From Symplocastrum torsivum CPER-KK1 (GTDB lineage: Bacteria > Cyanobacteriota > Cyanobacteriia > Cyanobacteriales > Coleofasciculaceae), in contig JAHHIF010000024.1 of the NCBI GenBank assembly GCA_019358875.1, positions 73,662 to 97,661 of the forward strand: 24,000 nucleotides of DNA, given 5' to 3'. Position 1 is the stretch's first letter. Each line of letters begins with the position of its first letter. Below, piece by piece: positions 18,771 to 24,000 of this stretch. The notes below the pieces were generated by a model. It did not search any database. It saw only the letters and a program-made list of their open reading frames with translations, and was not told the DNA's origin. The translations under genes and the position numbers were made by a program.

Positions 18771-19973
18771 TTGAGTAGCGATCGCTTTTTTATTTGTCTA
18801 AATCGTGCCATCCTCAGGAGCATTCTTGCAAGAGCCAAACCGATGAACCAGTCTTACTTCTTGAAAAACTTGCCTGCTCCCTTACAGCCTTGGGTACGTC
18901 CGATGCTGCTAGTCTCAATTACTTTGCACGGATTATTGCTGGCTATTCCAATGCCACCCAAGCCAAAGCCTGAAGCCCCTAAAAAAGAACCAGAAAAGGT
19001 AAAAATTACCCAAATTCCAATAACACCACCAGCGCCAAAACCCTCTGTTCGTCCCTCACCGCGACCAACTCCTCTAGTACGTCAGTCACCTCGCCCAAAG
19101 CCTACACCGATTCGCCGACCATCAACGATACCCCCCATAACTCAAGCCAGGACTATTCCTCGACCTCAGCAGCAGCCACAGCAAACACCATCACCAACTG
19201 CACAGCAGACACCACCGCCAACACCAGAGCAAACGCCCTCCCCAGCACCAGACTCAACCCCAATTTCTGAGGTACAAAATCCCTTTGCTGATTTTCCCTT
19301 CCCCAATAACGCTGAGATTGGTTCATTAGGCTTACTGTCAGGAGAAACAGACAAATCGGCTCGAAATACAGCCGATGGCATTGACCAAGTCGTTTCTTTT
19401 TATAACAGCCAACTGCCACAAAAGAAATTTACTTCTTCATCTGTTACTGATGAACCTGAACTCAAAGTTTATCAGGTGAATAAAGATGGTGGTGAACGTC
19501 AATACCTCCATTTGATTTCCAAAGAAGGAAAGACAGTAATCGTGCTTGCCTCGCAGCCGATACCAAAAGAAGATTTAAAGAGTTTAAAAGATGCAGAAGC
19601 CCGAAGCCCTGAAGAAATCGCCTTTTATGATATCGTTAAGCAACTAGAAAATGATGAAGAATTAGCTTTAGCAGCTGTTGAGCCTGGAGATAGTACTAAG
19701 TTTCCTGAACCTGAGAAATTTAATGACACTAATAAGTTTGAGTTCCGAAGTAAAACGGTGTCATTTAAGCCAATGTCGCCTCAGGAACTTTTTGCCCATG
19801 TTGAAGCTAGCCTCACAGCAAATGGATTTACACAGATTTCTCAGGAAGGTAATTATGGCGGCACTAATGTCCTTACTTACAAAGTGACGCAAGGGAGTTT
19901 TTCCAGATACCTGTACTTTGTACCGACTAACGATAATCGAACAGTAATTATTTTGTCAAAGGATTCACCGTAA
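18771..19973 (+). CDS. TonB-like proline-rich single-TM protein with non-canonical duplicated C-terminal module
   Basis: N-terminal TM (MLLVSITLHGLLLAIPMP), PPKPKPEAPKKEPEKVKITQIPITPPAPKPSVRPSPRPTP and a long Pro-rich linker, then a globular C-terminus. The likely real start is ATG 18843 (MNQSYFLKNLPAPLQPW) rather than TTG 18771. Confidence 0.75.
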   Translation: MSSDRFFICLNRAILRSILARAKPMNQSYFLKNLPAPLQPWVRPMLLVSITLHGLLLAIPMPPKPKPEAPKKEPEKVKITQIPITPPAPKPSVRPSPRPTPLVRQSPRPKPTPIRRPSTIPPITQARTIPRPQQQPQQTPSPTAQQTPPPTPEQTPSPAPDSTPISEVQNPFADFPFPNNAEIGSLGLLSGETDKSARNTADGIDQVVSFYNSQLPQKKFTSSSVTDEPELKVYQVNKDGGERQYLHLISKEGKTVIVLASQPIPKEDLKSLKDAEARSPEEIAFYDIVKQLENDEELALAAVEPGDSTKFPEPEKFNDTNKFEFRSKTVSFKPMSPQELFAHVEASLTANGFTQISQEGNYGGTNVLTYKVTQGSFSRYLYFVPTNDNRTVIILSKDSP

Positions 19974-20069
19974 TAAAAGTCAGATACACGTTCTCCAATT
20001 TGTTTAAATGTCCTTCGTTTTCTTCCACGCAAGGGCTTGCTGCTCTAACTACACTGTTGTTACATGAGA

Positions 20070-20077
20070 GAAATTTT
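20070..20077. repeat. left target-site duplication GAAATTTT
   Basis: Identical to 21514..21521. An 8-bp duplication is as expected for ISL3. Confidence 0.92.
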
Positions 20078-21513
20078 GGCTCTTCAGTAGCTAATATGCC
20101 AAATCAATAGTTGTGAAAGCCAAGAAATATAAATAAATCTAGCAAATAGTTGGTAGAGTTATTGCCAGAATTGACACAGGGGGTTCATTGGGTATTAACT
20201 ATAAGCCGAAGCCAGAGCTTTTAGGTGCATTGAACAGCCATGAGGACGAAAAAGGATATAAAGGTTTTAACAAAGCTATTGAATATAGAGGGAATAAAAG
20301 TCATCTCACATCACCAGCATGAGGGGATTGGAATAATTTTACAGGTGGAACGGATTGGGAAGGAAAGTAGCTGTCCACGTTGTGGAACAAGAAGCCACAG
20401 ATTACATCAAAATCATCGATACCTAGTAAAAGATTTACCTTGGGGAGAGACTTTCATATATTTAGAAATTAACAGACGACAGTTTAAATGTAAAAAATGT
20501 GTCAAGCCATTTAGTGAAGAGTTAGAGTTTGTCAGAAAAAGAAGAACCTATACGAAACGGCTAGCCAAGCAAATAATCCAAGAAGTTTTAGAGAACGATA
20601 TCCACAGCATAGCGAAAAAAGGGTTGGTGACAACAGAAGAAATAGAAAGGATGTTAAAAGACGCATCGAAAGAATTCTTGAAAGCCAAACCCAGCGAGGT
20701 GAAGAGATTAGGGATTGATGAAATAGCTCTAATTAAAGGGAAAGGGAATTACTGTGCAGTATTAATAGATTTAGATAAGTCTAAGCTAATTGGGATGCTG
20801 AATGGAAGGACACAAGAAGAAATCAGGGAAGTGCTGACGGGATGGGGGAAAGAGGTATTAGAGAAAATAGAAGAAGTAAGTATAGATTTGTGGAAAGGTT
20901 ACAAAAATGTCGTGATAGAGCTGATGCCAAATGTACAAGTGGTCGCCGACAGATTTCATGTAATGGCACAAATAAATAAGGAATTAGACACCCAAAGGAA
21001 GCGAGAAAAGAGACAAGCGGAAGACTTGATTAAAAAAGCAAAAACGTCAGAAGAGAAAGCAGTTCAAGAGAAAGCTTTAGAAGGATTGAAGAAAAGTAAA
21101 TATGTGTTATTGAAGAATGAATCAGACCTAAATGAAGAGCAAAAAGCTAAACTCGTTCAAGTTAAAGATGTATCTCCTACTCTTAAGAGTATGCATGAAT
21201 TAAAAGAGAAAATCAGACAGATTTTCGAGCAGGTTAATCATTGGTTAGCCGGTTTATTTAAACTGGGAGTATGGCTATCAGAAGCCAAAAAATATTTCCC
21301 CGATAGTCAGAACACTATTATTCGTTGGCTGGATGAGATTATTGCTTACTTCGATCATAAGACTACGAGTGGTGTTGTCGAAGGTATTAATAATAAGCTT
21401 AAGTTGATTAAACGCTCTGCCTACGGGTTTAGAAATTTTGAAAACTTCCGAGTTAGATGTTTGCTTAATTGGCAGTTTAATTGTTAGTTTAGCATACTGG
21501 TTACTGAAGAGCC
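20078..21513 (+). mobile_element. complete ISL3-family insertion sequence (1436 bp)
   Basis: Left end GGCTCTTCAGTAGCTAATATGCCAAA matches the reverse complement of the right end, GGCTCTTCAGTAACCAGTATGCTAAA (4 mismatches in 26). The element encloses one intact ISL3-like transposase and is flanked by an 8-bp direct duplication. Confidence 0.95.
20240..21487 (+). CDS. ISL3-family transposase (DDE)
   Basis: N-terminal zinc-finger-like SCPRCGTRSHRLHQNHRYLVKDLPWGE...FKCKKCVKPF; RLGIDEIALIKGKGNYCAVLIDLDKSKLIGML; VVADRFHVMAQIN; KTTSGVVEGINNKLKLIKRSAYGFRNFENFRVR. Confidence 0.96.
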   Translation: MRTKKDIKVLTKLLNIEGIKVISHHQHEGIGIILQVERIGKESSCPRCGTRSHRLHQNHRYLVKDLPWGETFIYLEINRRQFKCKKCVKPFSEELEFVRKRRTYTKRLAKQIIQEVLENDIHSIAKKGLVTTEEIERMLKDASKEFLKAKPSEVKRLGIDEIALIKGKGNYCAVLIDLDKSKLIGMLNGRTQEEIREVLTGWGKEVLEKIEEVSIDLWKGYKNVVIELMPNVQVVADRFHVMAQINKELDTQRKREKRQAEDLIKKAKTSEEKAVQEKALEGLKKSKYVLLKNESDLNEEQKAKLVQVKDVSPTLKSMHELKEKIRQIFEQVNHWLAGLFKLGVWLSEAKKYFPDSQNTIIRWLDEIIAYFDHKTTSGVVEGINNKLKLIKRSAYGFRNFENFRVRCLLNWQFNC

Positions 21514-21521
21514 GAAATTTT
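21514..21521. repeat. right target-site duplication GAAATTTT
   Basis: Directly abuts the right TIR end at 21513. Perfect copy of 20070..20077. Confidence 0.92.
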
Positions 21522-21694
21522 TTTATTTCCGTACCCCCAGAATTCGTCCAAGCTTGAACAATACATTGAGGATTAATCAAATACTTTCCGATTTTCAAGA
21601 GCTTCATTCTTAACAATCAAAAATCCGTAACGTTCAAAACTAAAAAGTAGAAGAGTTAAGTTTAAGTGGGGTTTGACAACAATAAAATTTAGAT

Positions 21695-21970
21695 TCAAGG
21701 AGATGTCTTCAACGGTAGCCTGACGGTAGAGGTTGTGCCAACACCCGCCTCGCTTTCCACAGCAATTGTACCCCTGTGTAAGTCCACCGCCTTTTTGACG
21801 ATTGCCAGTCCCAGCCCTGTCCCTTGAATCGTCCCGACATTGCCAATTAACACCCCATCACCGTCAAAAATCGGTGCATCACTCACCATCGCTGGAAAAT
21901 TAGACAGTATTACCCCAAACAATGGATAAGTAAGATAGCTTATACATTCCTTGGGGTAAAGTCTAAACAC
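21695..21970 (-). pseudogene. sensor histidine kinase C-terminal (HATPase_c) remnant
   Basis: [49 protein letters not shown] is the G2-box end of a histidine kinase. No HisKA domain or N-terminal part of the ATPase lies upstream of it. Confidence 0.75.
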
Positions 21971-21998
21971 TATGCCTAGTCTAGTTCTTGAGAGCGTA

Positions 21999-24000
21999 CT
22001 AAACAGTGACGAAGTTACTAGCGCTAAGGCTACTCGCTTGTACCCAGATCAAAGAGGCTAAAAGTTCGTTACCTGCACTGATGAGAGTAGCGCCATCAGC
22101 TTGAGCGATCGCTAAATCGTTAAAGGTCAAGCCACCCGATAGACCAATTTGAGTCTGACCAAGTTGGACGTTATTGATCGTATCAACGCCATTACCTCTT
22201 GCAAGAACAATTGTGTCCTGACCACCTCCCAGCCAAATCGTGTCATTGCCAGTGCCACCATTAATTTCATCGTTGCCAGAACCTGAGTAGATGATGTCGT
22301 CACCAGCACTACCGAACACAGTATTGTTGCCCTCGCTGGCGTAGATGGTGTCATTACCCGTCCCGCCAGTAACGGTATCAGCTTGCGAACCACCGTAGAT
22401 CAGATCGTCGCCACTATCACCAAAGAGCGTGTTTACACCTTCGCCGCCGAAGATTTGGTCATTGCCAGTACCCCCCTGGATCGTGTCGTTCGCGTTATCT
22501 CCATATAGGCTGTCGTTCGCGTCACCCCCAACGAGGGGTTCGGCTCCAGCGATTGTATCAACATCAAGTGCAAAGCTTAAGACTTGGGTAAATTGAGTGC
22601 TACTGAAATTGTTGTCAGCAACAACAACCAAGGTTTGCCGCCCATCTTCCAACTGAGGACCAAGAGTGATGCCCTCAAGATTATCCAGTGTTATCCCTAA
22701 ATCGCCGAAATCAAGTAGCAAGCGCTTCTGGGCAGCATCGACATCGACTCCGTTCACGCTATCCAGGTCGTTGATATCCGTAGCTCCCAAGATGCTCGTC
22801 TGGTAAAGCTTGACGCTGTTGCCCACACCAGTGGAGAACGAGCGCTCCAGAGTCAGGAACGTACCATTATTATCCAGAGCCAGTATCTCAACTAGACCAT
22901 TGGTACTGAAGCTACCTGCCGGATTGGGCGCATCAGCAACGGGGTTAGTGATGTACAAGAATTCACCAACCGCTTCCCCAGTTTGCAAGTCGTACTGAAC
23001 AATTCGGGACGGACTGCCGTTGGTCAGTGTCGCCGCAGGTCCATCTTGCACTAGAGCATTCTCTGTTGCGGTAAAGAGAAAGCGTTGATTAGGAGTAATT
23101 GTCAGACTTTCAAAGGCTAGATTGTTACGGATACCGGGGTCGTTCGTGCCTATCCCTGTAGGGTTAAACCTATCCGGTACGGGCAACTCGTTAAACTGCT
23201 GCCCTTGGAGCGAGAACTCATTAATAAAAGGGTCGATCAACCGACTCGCAGACCGTTCCCCTTCCGAGGAGATAAACAACGTCCCGCGCTCCGAGAAAGC
23301 AATTCCCTCTGGGTCGAGACTGTTTGGCACAAATGGCTGACCGTTTTCATCCGTGATGGTGGTCACGTCTTGGAATTGGACATCCCCGTTGTCCAGCCTT
23401 CCATCACTAAGGTCAATGCTGAGGGTGTAGAATCGCGCCGGATTAAACTGACTCCGGTCATCCGAGATGCTGTAGAAGACATTGTTGAAGCGATCATAAG
23501 CAATGCCGGATAAACCGCCCACCTGAGTGCCCTCAAAGGTGAACCCCGTTGGGAAGGTTACTTCTCCGATAAATTCCACATTACTAACAGTCTGGCGGTT
23601 GAAATCGGACGTGGAAGCCTCAGACGTGACATCGACCCGCACCAAGCGATGGTCAGAACTGGGGAAGCCCCCAGGAACGTTGGGGTTGAATGTACCGACT
23701 AGGGGGAACTGGGGTTCAGTACTTTCTGGCCAGAATACTGCCGCGTCGGTAATCTCCAGGTTTTGTGAGGGCAGAACGTAATCGACTCGCAGATTTCCCG
23801 GAGCGCCATCGGCAAAGTCAGCCGTATCAAAAGCTGGGTCGGTGATGTGGCTAGCGTTGGCACCTCCCTGCAACGCTGCCTGTTCGGGTCCTCCCTCACT
23901 GCTTGGGGTGATGCTGGTGTTGATTAGAGGATTATCGAGCAGTTGCCGGATGGCATTATCAACGCTGTCTCCATCGTTTGGGTCAGCATTCTGGTCGCCC
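21999..24000 (-). CDS. C-terminal part of a multidomain protein: endonuclease/exonuclease/phosphatase end + phytase-esterase-like domain + RTX calcium-binding repeats (partial at right edge)
   Basis: [23 protein letters not shown]...[11 protein letters not shown] (EEP domain end); [35 protein letters not shown]...LDPEGIAF...[11 protein letters not shown] (esterase-like phytase); [49 protein letters not shown] (RTX). The reading frame stays open through 24000, so the tracked M at 23873 is internal. Confidence 0.87.
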   Translation of the reverse strand, partial: GDQNADPNDGDSVDNAIRQLLDNPLINTSITPSSEGGPEQAALQGGANASHITDPAFDTADFADGAPGNLRVDYVLPSQNLEITDAAVFWPESTEPQFPLVGTFNPNVPGGFPSSDHRLVRVDVTSEASTSDFNRQTVSNVEFIGEVTFPTGFTFEGTQVGGLSGIAYDRFNNVFYSISDDRSQFNPARFYTLSIDLSDGRLDNGDVQFQDVTTITDENGQPFVPNSLDPEGIAFSERGTLFISSEGERSASRLIDPFINEFSLQGQQFNELPVPDRFNPTGIGTNDPGIRNNLAFESLTITPNQRFLFTATENALVQDGPAATLTNGSPSRIVQYDLQTGEAVGEFLYITNPVADAPNPAGSFSTNGLVEILALDNNGTFLTLERSFSTGVGNSVKLYQTSILGATDINDLDSVNGVDVDAAQKRLLLDFGDLGITLDNLEGITLGPQLEDGRQTLVVVADNNFSSTQFTQVLSFALDVDTIAGAEPLVGGDANDSLYGDNANDTIQGGTGNDQIFGGEGVNTLFGDSGDDLIYGGSQADTVTGGTGNDTIYASEGNNTVFGSAGDDIIYSGSGNDEINGGTGNDTIWLGGGQDTIVLARGNGVDTINNVQLGQTQIGLSGGLTFNDLAIAQADGATLISAGNELLASLIWVQASSLSASNFVTV

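Noticed and set aside
21278-21616. 112-aa minus-strand ORF as a real gene
   Set aside because: It reads from the flanking sequence through the right TIR into the antisense of the transposase. Only the first ~31 codons predate the IS.
3524-22112. GCGATCGC octamers (3524, 8549, 9694, 15650, 16753, 18778, 22105) as a special regulatory system
   Set aside because: These are HIP1 sites, common throughout many cyanobacterial genomes. Used only as a taxonomic clue.
1-24000. Defence or toxin-antitoxin system
   Set aside because: Read every sizeable ORF. None showed restriction, Cas, retron, CBASS or recognised toxin-antitoxin signatures. ParAB plus integrase alone is not evidence of defence.

Overview
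This is cyanobacterial DNA. Support comes from seven GCGATCGC (HIP1) octamers, a PEP-CTERM protein, and RTX, phytase-like and beta-helix proteins. From left to right it holds: two small hypothetical ORFs, a fragment resembling an FGE-sulfatase N-terminus, an SMP-30/NHL-type beta-propeller gene (-), a tyrosine recombinase, a 4-nt-overlapping parA-parB pair, and a phosphate-acquisition block. That block contains a Tat-dependent PhoX/DUF839 phosphatase, a PhoD phosphatase with an adjacent PEP-CTERM gene, pstS-pstC-pstA-pstB on the minus strand, and the 3' part of an endonuclease/phosphatase + phytase-esterase-like + RTX protein that runs off the right edge. Interleaved with it are a beta-helix repeat protein, exbB-exbD, and a divergent proline-rich TonB-like protein. 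A complete 1436-bp ISL3-family element lies at 20078..21513, with about 26-bp imperfect TIRs and a perfect 8-bp target duplication (GAAATTTT). A candidate Pho-box array with 11-bp periodicity lies upstream of pstS. I found no CRISPR array, tRNA, rRNA or recognisable defence system. The most interesting points are the phosphate/TonB gene grouping next to recombinase-ParAB, the duplicated non-canonical C-terminal module of the TonB-like protein, the extra C-terminal region of ParB, and a small ORF apparently interrupted by the IS.
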